Assembly: GCA_036574205.1 (NCBI GenBank)
Contig: JAINCQ010000011.1
Coordinates: 1 to 39,583 of the forward strand
DNA length: 39,583 nt
Reading direction: 5' to 3'
DNA from: Elusimicrobiota bacterium
Lineage (GTDB): Bacteria; Elusimicrobiota; Elusimicrobia; Elusimicrobiales; UBA9959
This document shows positions 19,570 through 29,842 of the stretch, one piece after another. Below the pieces are notes generated by a model, which saw only the letters and a program-made list of their open reading frames with translations, ran no database searches and was not told the origin of the DNA. Each line of letters opens with the position of its first letter. Positions within the stretch are counted from its first letter, which is position 1. A program made the position numbers and the translations under genes.

Positions 19570-21747
19570 TTATATTTTTATTTTATACAGCCTCATAGAG
19601 TTAATTATTACTGATATACTGCTTAAAATCATTGCAATTACTGAAAGATAAGGTGGAAGTGTAAAACCACATAAAAACTTAAGCGCCCCCATAGCCACAG
19701 GGATAAGAAGTATATTATAGGCAAAAGCCCATATTAAATTCTGGGATATAATCTTTCTTATAGCATTAGCAAGGTCCATCATCTTGAATATCTGAGATAA
19801 ATCCTCTTTTATAAGTATTATATCACTTGATGTTGCCACTATATCCGACCCTCTTTTAAGCGCAACACCGACATCTGCATTTGAAATAGCAGCTGTATCA
19901 TTAAGCCCATTTCCTACCATCATAACATTATAACCTAATATTTTATATTTAAGAACTATGCTATGTTTATCCTGAGGCAAAACTGGGGCATAATATTCTT
20001 TAACACCAATATCTTTTGCAATATTTGCAACAATTTCTTTGCTATCCCCGCTTGCTATAACTATCTTAATTCCTCTTCTTTCAAATTCCTTTATCAACTG
20101 GCAGGTATTTTCTCTTAATCTATCCGAAAAAATTACATATCCCTCTAATCTTCCATCAATAGAAAGCAAAAAATGGCTAAGGTTTAGGTTTAAAATTTCT
20201 TCTTTTATATCAACTGGAACCCCCACTCCATTTTCTAACATAAACTCAATATTTCCAACAATTACTTTTTTACCATCTAAATAACACGTCATCCCCTTCC
20301 CGGGATCTTCGATAAAAGATTCAACGGAATACTGTGAGAATTTAAAATCTTTATAATATTTAGTAAAATTCCTGGCAAGGATATTAGATGATTGGCTGAA
20401 AACAGATTTTAACAAAGAAATAAATTCATATTCACTAAAGCGAAAACATACCACTTTAGTGGGATCTAATGCTCCACAGGTCAATGTCCCTGGTTTATCA
20501 AGTATCACAAGATTAACTTTTCTTATGTCATCAATAACATCAGGATTGTTTATTATAAATCCACTTTTTGATGCTCTTGTAAAACCTATAAAAAGTGCAA
20601 TAGGAATGCTTAAACCCATAGCGCAGGGACATGCAACTACAAGGACAGAGGAGAAAACATATATCCCCTCAGCAATTGAACTTTTGATAGACCAGAATAT
20701 GCCCGAAGCTATGGATATTAATATTACAAAAGGAACAAAATAAGCAGTTATTCTATTTATCATCATAGATATCTTGGTCTTTTTTAACTGTGAACTATCC
20801 ACAAGAGAAACTATTTGCATAAATAAGGTATCATCACCTGTTTTTTGCGCAACAGCCTTTACAGTTTCTCCAAGATTTATAGTAGTTGCATACATTAAAT
20901 CACCTTTTATTTTATAAATAAGGTTGCTTTCTCCCGTAAAGTTAGATTCATCTACATACGTATTTCCCTCAACAACCATACAATCTGCAGGCACTTGCTC
21001 CCCTTTTTTTATAATTAAAAGATCACCTTCTTTTACTTCTTCAACCTTTATCTTCCTAACATCACCATTTACCTCAATATTCGCAAAACCCGGATAACTC
21101 TTAATCATCGAAGTAGGTGACATAGCTGATCTATCTTTTATAAGAATTTCAAGGTATCTGCCAAGATTTAAAAAAGTTATAATGATTCCTATATCATACC
21201 ACGATAAACTATGCTTGTTTAAAAAACTCGGGAAAAAGAAAACTAGCGAATTATAGAAAAAACCAGCACTTGTGGATATACTCACAAGACTATCCATGTC
21301 AAATTCAAAATTTTTGATAGTGCCCAAAAAACCTTTATGAAAATGCCATCCACAATAAAGCCAGATTATAAAAGATATCAAAAAAGGCGCTATACCTTCT
21401 ATTTTAAAAAAATCCAGAAAAATAAGCGTTAAAGTTAAAATAATTGAAAGCAAGAACTTAACAAACAGTCTCTTTTTTATTGACTGATGCTCAATAGCGT
21501 AAAATTCCTTGCTGGAAAAATCCTGTTCTATTTTTAGCAAAGGGTTATAACCAAGATTCTTTATACGATTTATTATCTTTTCAGAAGTAGTCGAGTCATT
21601 ATCATACTCAAGGGAAATAATTTTAGAAACGAGATAAACATTAACCTTTCTGACCCCTCCCATTTTTGAAATATTATCTTCTATTTTTTTAACGCAGTTA
21701 GAGCAAGATATATCATCTACTAAAATCACAAGCTTCTTGTTTGTCAT
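19570..21747 (-). CDS. Heavy-metal P1B-type ATPase, CopA-like, with atypical catalytic motifs
   Basis: HMA CSNC, TGES, CPC, YN and MxxSS are present; DKPGT, SGD and GNGLND replace the canonical motifs. Confidence 0.88.
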   Translation of the reverse strand: MTNKKLVILVDDISCSNCVKKIEDNISKMGGVRKVNVYLVSKIISLEYDNDSTTSEKIINRIKNLGYNPLLKIEQDFSSKEFYAIEHQSIKKRLFVKFLLSIILTLTLIFLDFFKIEGIAPFLISFIIWLYCGWHFHKGFLGTIKNFEFDMDSLVSISTSAGFFYNSLVFFFPSFLNKHSLSWYDIGIIITFLNLGRYLEILIKDRSAMSPTSMIKSYPGFANIEVNGDVRKIKVEEVKEGDLLIIKKGEQVPADCMVVEGNTYVDESNFTGESNLIYKIKGDLMYATTINLGETVKAVAQKTGDDTLFMQIVSLVDSSQLKKTKISMMINRITAYFVPFVILISIASGIFWSIKSSIAEGIYVFSSVLVVACPCAMGLSIPIALFIGFTRASKSGFIINNPDVIDDIRKVNLVILDKPGTLTCGALDPTKVVCFRFSEYEFISLLKSVFSQSSNILARNFTKYYKDFKFSQYSVESFIEDPGKGMTCYLDGKKVIVGNIEFMLENGVGVPVDIKEEILNLNLSHFLLSIDGRLEGYVIFSDRLRENTCQLIKEFERRGIKIVIASGDSKEIVANIAKDIGVKEYYAPVLPQDKHSIVLKYKILGYNVMMVGNGLNDTAAISNADVGVALKRGSDIVATSSDIILIKEDLSQIFKMMDLANAIRKIISQNLIWAFAYNILLIPVAMGALKFLCGFTLPPYLSVIAMILSSISVIINSMRLYKIKI

Positions 21748-22538
21748 CTTATCACCCTTTCCTCATACCATCTGTCCCATAGTGCTTTTAATGAGTGAAA
21801 GCTTAAAGGATAAGCGTTTTTAAGCGCTTCATCAACCGGCATCCCTTTTCTTAACCCATCAAGAAAAATATAAAACTTAAAGTTTCCCTCTTTTTCTATC
21901 ATAAATTTTACTATATCAGAACTTTGAACATAAAATTTTTTGATGTCTTTTTCCAGATCATTTGTGGAGGGTTTATACAAAGAGAGAGAAGTTGCTGAAT
22001 ATGGTGATTCTTTTACAATGTTTACAAAAATATCGTTATAAATAAAGTCTATCTCTGAGCATGCTTTCCTTTCCTCATATGTTGCCAGCCCTTCACTAAT
22101 CCAGGGATAAAATTGTGAAGCATCTTCAAGAAATTCACTTAAAACTAAATGGGTAATCTCATGAGCAAGAACACAATAAACATTTGATGAAAAATAAACC
22201 TCAATCCTTTTATCATTAATAAATCCATCAATCCACTTTCTAGATGCAGTTTTATTTAGAAATGTTTCTCTATCTTTATGAACTATTATCCTATAGGGCT
22301 TTTCGGGAACAAATGAAAAAAGATTTGTATCCATCATTATTGTATAATAAAATTTTTCAGCCTCATCACTTATCCTCCTTATATCCACCGACACATCCGC
22401 ATTGACAATGAAATGAGCAGACTCCATATAGCTATAATCAGGATACTTCAAATCATATAAATCATTTTCAGAATAGTTTCTTTCTATTCCAGCACAGGAT
22501 AATAAAAAAATTAAAAATAGAAATGCAATTTTTTTCAT
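21744..22538 (-). CDS. Lipoprotein metallopeptidase (gluzincin/peptidase MA-like)
   Basis: Lipobox LLSC; motifs AHEITH and PWISEGLA. Confidence 0.8.
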   Translation of the reverse strand: MKKIAFLFLIFLLSCAGIERNYSENDLYDLKYPDYSYMESAHFIVNADVSVDIRRISDEAEKFYYTIMMDTNLFSFVPEKPYRIIVHKDRETFLNKTASRKWIDGFINDKRIEVYFSSNVYCVLAHEITHLVLSEFLEDASQFYPWISEGLATYEERKACSEIDFIYNDIFVNIVKESPYSATSLSLYKPSTNDLEKDIKKFYVQSSDIVKFMIEKEGNFKFYIFLDGLRKGMPVDEALKNAYPLSFHSLKALWDRWYEERVIR

Positions 22539-24661
22539 TGGATATGAATAATGCCTTTTGAAATAGTAATCTTATTTAACTTAACTGGTATTTCAAATTT
22601 GTTAATATCAAATTTAAAATTAAGGAATTTGCACAAAAATTGCGGAATTTTAAAACCACCAAGGTTAACAAAATAAACACTTAAATAAAGATTATTGTCT
22701 TTTATGTTTATTGTGCTATAAAAAGAGAAATCTCTGTTCATAACCAGAGCCTTAAACTTTAATATTTTTTCAAAAAATTCCACCTCAACATTTTTATATT
22801 TTAAAGCATCTTCAATAAATCTTGAAACCGAAAAATCAGATATTTTACAATCAATAACTTCTATTCTGGAAAAGCCCGTAACAAAGACTGGAGATTCAAC
22901 AGAAAAAGTAAAATTTAACAATTTTAACTTCAAACTATAAATATCTATTCCCTTATAATTAGCATAATTTGCATTAATTAAAGCATAATCAGCAATACCT
23001 TTTTCCTCATTATAACCATATAGTGAAATACTGATTCCTTCGAGTTCTAATCCATTTATATTAATTTTTTCAAGATTATAAATTTTATTATGGTTAGAAA
23101 TATTACTAACCGGAGCGATAAAACTGCGTTTTTTGAAAAGTCTCAGATTTTTTAATCTCAAACTTTCAGTAAAAACATTTTTATCAATAAACTCTGCATC
23201 TTCATCTGTAATTATCAAATAATCAAGGAAGTAATACATATTCCTGGGGTAGTGGACAAAACGAACATCTGATAATCCATAACTTTCTTTGATATTGTTC
23301 AAAACATAATAATTAAGATATTCATTTTTTCTTCCCTCAACACCAATAATTATATTTTCCTTGTTTAACTTTCCTTTCGCCTCACTTATTATTCGCTCAA
23401 CTGCAATATCCTCTTTAATAACATAAATAATATTTTTAAGATAATGTTTTTCAATAACTTGATGATCTAACCCAAACAATTTATAGCCATTTTCCAAATA
23501 AACAGGCTTAAAAAATGGGAAATTAATTACAAGCATTAAAAATAAAGTTATAAAAATAAAATATTTTCTTACAACCGGCGGTATCATTATTACTCCACCT
23601 ATAATAAGTGAAGGTAAAACTGGATATATGAAATTGCGATCTGTAAAAGGGAAAAGAGAAAACAAAAAAATAGGTATTAAAAGCCATTTAAAAAGAATTT
23701 TTCTCCCCTTATACTGCATATATCTGGCAAAAAACATCCAGACAAATAAAAGAATCAAAACAGAGAAAAATAATAAACCAACAGAATTGATAATTTCTTT
23801 AAAATAAAAATTAAAATTCCAAAAACTTTCTATTTTTATTTTCCCAACAATATACTCAAAGGAACCGATCATAATAAACCTTGCATAAAAAATTGCAGAA
23901 ATAAAAAATGCTGGTATAACAAATCTTGTAATAAGATAAGAATATGAAGTTGCTGTTAAAAGAGAAACAAAGTTCATAAGAGGCAAAATATATATAAAAA
24001 ATAGCTTATCAGTAAAAAGTCCTAATATGAAAAATATTACAAATAGAGGTGTATATTTTGTTTCCTCAAAATTTTCAACTTTTATAAAAAGGTAATAATT
24101 CCATATTACTATTGAAAGGGTTAATAGGGTTGGAGAAAACTTTCTTGAAAGATCAATTACAAACGGCATAGACAAAAAAACAACAACACCGCACAATGCA
24201 GCATTTTTATTCCTGCTTTCGCTAATAAGAAAATATATACCAAAAGAAGCAATCAGTATGCATAAAAAATTGACCCAGAATATAGAATAAGCATATTCCT
24301 CCCCCATTAACTTGATAAAAGGTAGATAGAGCAAATAATAAAGTGGCATATCAAAATTTATATGGCTTATATCTGAATATAATAATATATTTTTAAAGCT
24401 CAAATCTGCATACCCTCTGGCATATTCAAGGGATTTAAGATCATTATAAGAAATAATACCAGAATTACGGTAAAAATATAAAAAATTTAAAATAAAAAAT
24501 AATAAAAGAATTAAGGTAAGATAAAAATATGGTTTGTAATCTTTCTTCTTCTCCTCTTTCGGCTTATCTCTTTCAAACAAAACACTTTCTATTGCTATCC
24601 TGTTGGCAAAAAGTTTTTTCCTGAAACTATCAAGAAACCTTGGCTTATTTTCTTCGCCCAT
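22535..24661 (-). CDS. Polytopic membrane protein, ArnT/GT39-like, with soluble C-terminal extension
   Basis: About 11 TM segments; ND..(D)MPLYYLL, LGLFTDK and DRNFIYPVLP patterns recall the GT-C fold. Confidence 0.6.
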   Translation of the reverse strand: MGEENKPRFLDSFRKKLFANRIAIESVLFERDKPKEEKKKDYKPYFYLTLILLLFFILNFLYFYRNSGIISYNDLKSLEYARGYADLSFKNILLYSDISHINFDMPLYYLLYLPFIKLMGEEYAYSIFWVNFLCILIASFGIYFLISESRNKNAALCGVVVFLSMPFVIDLSRKFSPTLLTLSIVIWNYYLFIKVENFEETKYTPLFVIFFILGLFTDKLFFIYILPLMNFVSLLTATSYSYLITRFVIPAFFISAIFYARFIMIGSFEYIVGKIKIESFWNFNFYFKEIINSVGLLFFSVLILLFVWMFFARYMQYKGRKILFKWLLIPIFLFSLFPFTDRNFIYPVLPSLIIGGVIMIPPVVRKYFIFITLFLMLVINFPFFKPVYLENGYKLFGLDHQVIEKHYLKNIIYVIKEDIAVERIISEAKGKLNKENIIIGVEGRKNEYLNYYVLNNIKESYGLSDVRFVHYPRNMYYFLDYLIITDEDAEFIDKNVFTESLRLKNLRLFKKRSFIAPVSNISNHNKIYNLEKININGLELEGISISLYGYNEEKGIADYALINANYANYKGIDIYSLKLKLLNFTFSVESPVFVTGFSRIEVIDCKISDFSVSRFIEDALKYKNVEVEFFEKILKFKALVMNRDFSFYSTINIKDNNLYLSVYFVNLGGFKIPQFLCKFLNFKFDINKFEIPVKLNKITISKGIIHIQ

Positions 24662-25577
24662 ATTTCTTATTTAATCTATCTTTTAACTTTTCAATTTTTA
24701 ATTTATATTCATCACTGGATTGTGGAGCAATATTCAATGCCATATCATAATATTTTTTTGCAGATTCTTTATCTCCTTTTAAAAAATATATATCCCCAGC
24801 ATAATAAAAATATTTGTAATTGGAAACCCCAGCTAACTTAATAGCTCTGTTTATGTCTTCTAGTGCTTCCTCTAACTTATTTGCCTTAAGATTAATTCTT
24901 GCCCTTAAATAATAATAACCATGCTTTTCCTTTAACTCTATCGCTTTTGATATATCTTCAAAGCCTGAAGATTCGCCCGATTCAAACTTAATTCTGGCAC
25001 TATGATAATAAATAACATCTGAATTACTTTTTTCCTTTATTTCATCAAGGTCTTTTATAGCTTTTGAATAATCTTTAATCTTTTCATAACAGAGAGATCT
25101 ATAATAAAAAGCTATATCCTTTGGAGAAATGGAAATCGCCTTTGTAAAATCTAAAATAGCCTGATAAAAGTTTTTGGTATAATAATTTATCAATCCACGA
25201 TTGTAATATGCATAATAATAATCTGGATTTATCTCTATCGCTTTATTAATATAATAAAGCGCTTCTTTATAAAGCGAACTTTCTATATATATTGAAGCTA
25301 TGTTATTATAAGCAGGAAGATATTTTGGATTTACGGATATAGCTTTTGAATAATCATCTATCGCTTTATTTTTATTTCCCATCTTCTCATAGGTCATAGC
25401 TCTTGAAACTAAAGCATCTGCAAAATCAGGTTTTATAAGTAAAGCTTTTGTATACATTTCAAGCGCTTTATAGTAATCTCCATTTATAAAAAAATTATTT
25501 CCACGTTTATAATAATAATCTGGATTTTCTAAACAACCAGAAAAAAAAAGAAGAACAATAATAATTATTGGCTGCAT
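24645..25577 (-). CDS. TPR-repeat lipoprotein
   Basis: Lipobox FSGC; multiple 34-aa TPR units (AYYNRG, AIxDYSKAI). Confidence 0.92.
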   Translation of the reverse strand: MQPIIIIVLLFFSGCLENPDYYYKRGNNFFINGDYYKALEMYTKALLIKPDFADALVSRAMTYEKMGNKNKAIDDYSKAISVNPKYLPAYNNIASIYIESSLYKEALYYINKAIEINPDYYYAYYNRGLINYYTKNFYQAILDFTKAISISPKDIAFYYRSLCYEKIKDYSKAIKDLDEIKEKSNSDVIYYHSARIKFESGESSGFEDISKAIELKEKHGYYYLRARINLKANKLEEALEDINRAIKLAGVSNYKYFYYAGDIYFLKGDKESAKKYYDMALNIAPQSSDEYKLKIEKLKDRLNKKYGRRK

Positions 25578-26056
25578 TTTACCTCCCTGGCTTCTTTAAT
25601 GCTCAAATAGACAAGCAAAACAGCGCCACAGGTTATTGAAAAATCGGCAATATTAAAAATCGCAGGGAAATATTTAAGGTCTATAAAATCTATTACATAC
25701 CCATATTTTATTCTATCAAATATATTGCCAAGGGCACCACCTATAATAAAATGTATAGCTAAAGAAGATAAAAAATCTGAAAATTTTTTTCTTATGAGCA
25801 ATAAAAATCCAAGAAGCAAAGTGTTAAAAAAAATAAAAAAAAGATTATATCCCTTTAAAAGGCCAAAAGCAACGCCACTATTATGTATGAAATTGATAGA
25901 AACAACTCCTGGAATAATCCAATGAAAATTATATTCAGGAAAGTTCAGAATCAGATTTTTACTTACCCTATCGGCTATAAACACAAAAATGACAATCCCC
26001 ACTTTAAAAAATTCTTTATTAAACATTTTTAGAATTTTCTTCAAGAGCATCCGCAC
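25565..26056 (-). CDS. lspA: Lipoprotein signal peptidase II (exact start uncertain)
   Basis: Motifs NSGVAFG, GGALGNIFDR, VIDFID and FNIAD; downstream of ileS. Confidence 0.95.
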   Translation of the reverse strand: MRMLLKKILKMFNKEFFKVGIVIFVFIADRVSKNLILNFPEYNFHWIIPGVVSINFIHNSGVAFGLLKGYNLFFIFFNTLLLGFLLLIRKKFSDFLSSLAIHFIIGGALGNIFDRIKYGYVIDFIDLKYFPAIFNIADFSITCGAVLLVYLSIKEAREVKCSQ

Positions 26057-28814
26057 ATTTAGGACACAGATCTGGATATTTTTCTTTTTTTCCTATTTCA
26101 ACACTCCACTGCCAGCATCTTGGACATTTTTCTCCATAAGCTTTAATAGCTTCTATCTTAAATCCCTTATCTATTTTTCTAACTTCCCCTTGAGAAACTA
26201 TACAGGCGGATACAATATCATTTATGTGTTTATTTATAAACTCAAAATCTTCTCCGCCACAATAAAAAACAAGCCTGACATCAAGAGACGAGCCTATCTC
26301 TCCTTTTTTTCTAAGATTTTCTATCTCCTTGAGCGCCTTTTCTCTTATCTTAAGTATTTTTTCCCATTTTTCTATAATTATATCGTCATAGTTATAACTA
26401 AACGCGTTTATATCATTAAGAAAAACGCTTTCCGAAACAGAATTATCTATGTCTTTTCTAAGGACCTGCCATGCCTCCTCGGCAGTAAATGATAATATAG
26501 GAGATGAAAGCAATAATAGAGATTTTAATATCTGATACATAGCCGTTTGAGCTGATCTCCTCTCAAATGATAATAATGACATAGTATAAAGTCTGTCTTT
26601 CAGAACATCAAGATAAAAAGATGAGAGATCAGTAATGCAAAAATCACTTATATTTCTTATAGCCAGACTATATTCAAATTTTTTGTAATTCTCAACCACC
26701 TTTTCGTTTAATTTAGTAAGTTTAATAAGCATATATTTATCTATATCAAGCATATCCTCATAGTTAATACTGTTATTAACACTAAACCCACTAAGGTTAC
26801 CAAGAAGATATCTGAAGGTATTTCTTATTTTTCTATACATATCTATAGGAATTGAAAGTAACTTTTCAGATATTCTAACATCCTCATGCCAGTTGCTTAA
26901 AGCAACCCACAATCGCAATATCTCAGCACCATATTTCTTTATTACTTCCTCTGGCAAAACAACATTTCCCAGAGATTTATGCATGGCCTTGCCGTTTTCA
27001 TCAAGCACAAAACCATGCGTTAAAACAAGTTTATAAGGAGCAACAGAATTTAAAGCAACAGAAGGGATAAGAGATGTCTGAAACCAGCCCCTATGCTGAT
27101 CAGATCCTTCAAGATAAAGATCTACTGGATATATATTTTCCTGCTCCTTACAAACAGAACGCCAGGAAACGCCAGAATCAAGCCAGACATCAAGTATATC
27201 TTTTTCTTTTTCAAAATCCTTTCCCCCACATTCGCATATATAATCTTTTCCAATTATTTCACTAATAGGTTCGGAAAACCAGAAATCACTACCTTCCTTT
27301 TTTATCCTGTCTACAATTTTATACAAAATAGAAAGATCATTTTGAATTTTTCCACATTTTTTGCAATAAAAAGTTATTATTGGTGTTCCCCAATGTCTCT
27401 GTCTTGAAAGACACCAATCAGGTCTTATTTTTACCATTGATGATATCCTTTCATATCCGCTTTCTGGAATCCAGTTAACCTTCGCTATAGCATTTAAAAG
27501 ATTTTCTCTAAGGGAATTTTTATCAATTTTTAAAAACCATTGCTCTGTGGCTCTAAATATTATTGGTTTTTTGCACCTCCAGCAATGAGGGTAACTATGA
27601 TTAATTTCAGAATGACCCAATAAAAGCCCCTTATCATCTAAAATCTTTATAACATCTTTATTGGCTTCAAATACAAATTTTCCACCAAGTTCCTTTATAT
27701 CAGAAACAAACCTTCCGCTTTCATCCACCGGGCAAAAAACTTCAATATTCCACTTTTTTCCAGCAAAATAATCCTCTTCGCCATGTCCTGGAGCTATATG
27801 AACCATTCCGCTACCAGTTGTCATATCCACAAAATCAGTATAAATAATCTTTCTTAAATATTTATGTTTTTCGTCAAGCAAATCAACCAGCGGTGGTTCA
27901 TATTCCATACCTATAAGATTTTCCCCTTTTATTACCAACTTCTCCTCATATTTAATTTTTGTCGAGTTAGCAAAAGTTTCAAGAAGCTTTTTAGCAACTA
28001 TAATATACTCTCCATTTGCCAGAATAACCGAATAATCCTCATCCCTGGCCACAGCAACAGCCATATTTGCCGGCAATGTCCATGGAGTTGTGGTCCATAT
28101 GACCAGATAAATATTATCAAATTCCTTTAACTTTTCTGAGACTTTTTTAATCTTAAATTTAACAAATATTGAATCAGATATTTTATCCTTATATTCAACC
28201 TCAGCATCCGCAAGAGCTGTTTCACAAACAGGACACCAGTATATTGTTTTCTTGTCTCTTTCTATATATCCCTTTTCAAATAACTCTAAAAAAGATCTGA
28301 TAACCGAAGACTCATATTCATTTGACATTGTAATATACGGTTTTTCCCATTCTCCAAAAACTCCAAGCCTTTTAAACTCTTCTCTTTGAATATTTATAAA
28401 TTTTTGGGCAAAATCCCTGGCCTTTTTTCTAAATTCAGTTATATCGTTTATATGCCTTTTGGAAATATTCAATTCTTTAAGCAATTGTTGTTCTATTGGA
28501 AGTCCATGGCAATCCCATCCTGGAATATACGGAGAGTCATAACCCATTAAAAAATGAGACTTTACAACAAAATCTTTCAATATTTTATTTAAGGCATGTC
28601 CTATATGTATATGACCATTTGCGTAAGGAGGTCCATCATGCAAAAAAAATTTTTGAGATCTTTTATTTTTCTCTCTTAACTTTCCATATATATTAATTTC
28701 ATTCCAGAATTTCAATATATCAGGCTCTTTCTGGTTAAGATTAGCCTTCATTGAAAAAGATGTCTTTGGAAGAAAAACCGTGTTTGAATATTTTTTTTTA
28801 TCTGTTTTTTCCAT
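26019..28814 (-). CDS. ileS: Isoleucine-tRNA ligase (type 1, C-terminal Zn finger)
   Basis: DGPPYANG.HIGH, GWDCHGLP, WTTTPWT, EGSDQHRGWF and CPRCW..CPKC. Confidence 0.98.
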   Translation of the reverse strand: MEKTDKKKYSNTVFLPKTSFSMKANLNQKEPDILKFWNEINIYGKLREKNKRSQKFFLHDGPPYANGHIHIGHALNKILKDFVVKSHFLMGYDSPYIPGWDCHGLPIEQQLLKELNISKRHINDITEFRKKARDFAQKFINIQREEFKRLGVFGEWEKPYITMSNEYESSVIRSFLELFEKGYIERDKKTIYWCPVCETALADAEVEYKDKISDSIFVKFKIKKVSEKLKEFDNIYLVIWTTTPWTLPANMAVAVARDEDYSVILANGEYIIVAKKLLETFANSTKIKYEEKLVIKGENLIGMEYEPPLVDLLDEKHKYLRKIIYTDFVDMTTGSGMVHIAPGHGEEDYFAGKKWNIEVFCPVDESGRFVSDIKELGGKFVFEANKDVIKILDDKGLLLGHSEINHSYPHCWRCKKPIIFRATEQWFLKIDKNSLRENLLNAIAKVNWIPESGYERISSMVKIRPDWCLSRQRHWGTPIITFYCKKCGKIQNDLSILYKIVDRIKKEGSDFWFSEPISEIIGKDYICECGGKDFEKEKDILDVWLDSGVSWRSVCKEQENIYPVDLYLEGSDQHRGWFQTSLIPSVALNSVAPYKLVLTHGFVLDENGKAMHKSLGNVVLPEEVIKKYGAEILRLWVALSNWHEDVRISEKLLSIPIDMYRKIRNTFRYLLGNLSGFSVNNSINYEDMLDIDKYMLIKLTKLNEKVVENYKKFEYSLAIRNISDFCITDLSSFYLDVLKDRLYTMSLLSFERRSAQTAMYQILKSLLLLSSPILSFTAEEAWQVLRKDIDNSVSESVFLNDINAFSYNYDDIIIEKWEKILKIREKALKEIENLRKKGEIGSSLDVRLVFYCGGEDFEFINKHINDIVSACIVSQGEVRKIDKGFKIEAIKAYGEKCPRCWQWSVEIGKKEKYPDLCPKCADALEENSKNV

Positions 28815-28892
28815 ATAAATCTCCAGTAAAGCGTTTTCTTTCGTAAAATTATTGAAAGATTTTTCAATTATTGAAACCTTTCAATATATAAA

Positions 28893-28901
28893 ATTATAGC
28901 A
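28893..28901 (-). promoter_or_regulatory. Extended -10 promoter element of ileS
   Basis: TGCTATAAT on the minus strand, about 80 nt upstream of the ileS ATG. Confidence 0.6.
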
Positions 28902-28928
28902 AAAATAGAAATTAACGCTGTCTTAATA

Positions 28929-29312
28929 TTAAGTTTTTGAATTGATAGCCATTTGAACCTGTTGTTTTAATATATCTACGGTGCATGGTTTTCTTAAAAA
29001 TGATTTAACATTCTTTTCAACCTTAAATATCATCTCGGTGGAAGGGTCAAAATGGCTTGCGGTAAAAACTATTACAGGGATATCTCTGGTTTCTTCATCC
29101 TGAAGCAAAATTCTAAGCATCTCTATCCCTGATATATTAGGCATCATAACATCCATAATAATAACGCTTGGCTTTGATTTTCTGGCAATATCAATTCCTT
29201 CTTTTCCATCTGAAGCAGAAAGAACATCATAATCGGTTTCAAGCGCCATTTTTACTATTTCAATCATAGTAGGATTGTCATCAACAACAAGAACAGTGGG
29301 TTTCTTATCCAT
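28929..29312 (-). CDS. Single-domain response regulator receiver
   Basis: VVDD, MDVMMP, FTA and RKP. Confidence 0.92.
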   Translation of the reverse strand: MDKKPTVLVVDDNPTMIEIVKMALETDYDVLSASDGKEGIDIARKSKPSVIIMDVMMPNISGIEMLRILLQDEETRDIPVIVFTASHFDPSTEMIFKVEKNVKSFLRKPCTVDILKQQVQMAINSKT

Positions 29313-29315
29313 AAA

Positions 29316-29696
29316 TTACTCCTTCTTATTTATAGATTCTATTTTTTCTTTTATTGACTCCAATGGACTTAATTTGGAATAAAATCCAAAAACATTTGGT
29401 TCTTTTTTCAATAAACTTTCAGTCACAGAATTATAATCACTTGCTGTAAGCATAATAACAGGTATCTTTTTAAGTAAAGAATTTTGCTGTAAGGATTTAA
29501 CAACCTGTATGCCGTTTGTTTTAAGAAGATTTACATCAAGAAGTATTATATCTGGTAATAATTGAGACACTTTTAGAATTATATCATTTAAGTCTTTAAA
29601 ATCAGTATGTGAATAAACAAGATAATCTTCTGAAAAATATTCTTTCAAAAGAGTCACAAATTGCACATTATCGTCTATAATAAGTATTCTTTTCAT
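29316..29696 (-). CDS. Single-domain response regulator receiver
   Basis: IIDD, LLDVNL, LTA and SK. Confidence 0.88.
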   Translation of the reverse strand: MKRILIIDDNVQFVTLLKEYFSEDYLVYSHTDFKDLNDIILKVSQLLPDIILLDVNLLKTNGIQVVKSLQQNSLLKKIPVIMLTASDYNSVTESLLKKEPNVFGFYSKLSPLESIKEKIESINKKE

Positions 29697-29842
29697 ATTT
29701 CAATTATCGTTTCATATTTAACAACCAATCTAAAAGCTAAAACTTTCAATCTGAAACCCCTCCAATTAAATAACCTCTTCATATCCACTCATAACCCAGC
29801 AGGCTTAGAGCTTAGCACAAGCTATCTTCTTGCTACACAAAT

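Noticed and set aside
28815..28928. T-box leader for ileS
   Set aside because: The region is too short and has no T-box consensus.
29812..29836. TTAGCAC..TGCTA resembling a CIRCE element
   Set aside because: It does not match TTAGCACTC-N9-GAGTGCTAA, and no chaperone gene is adjacent.
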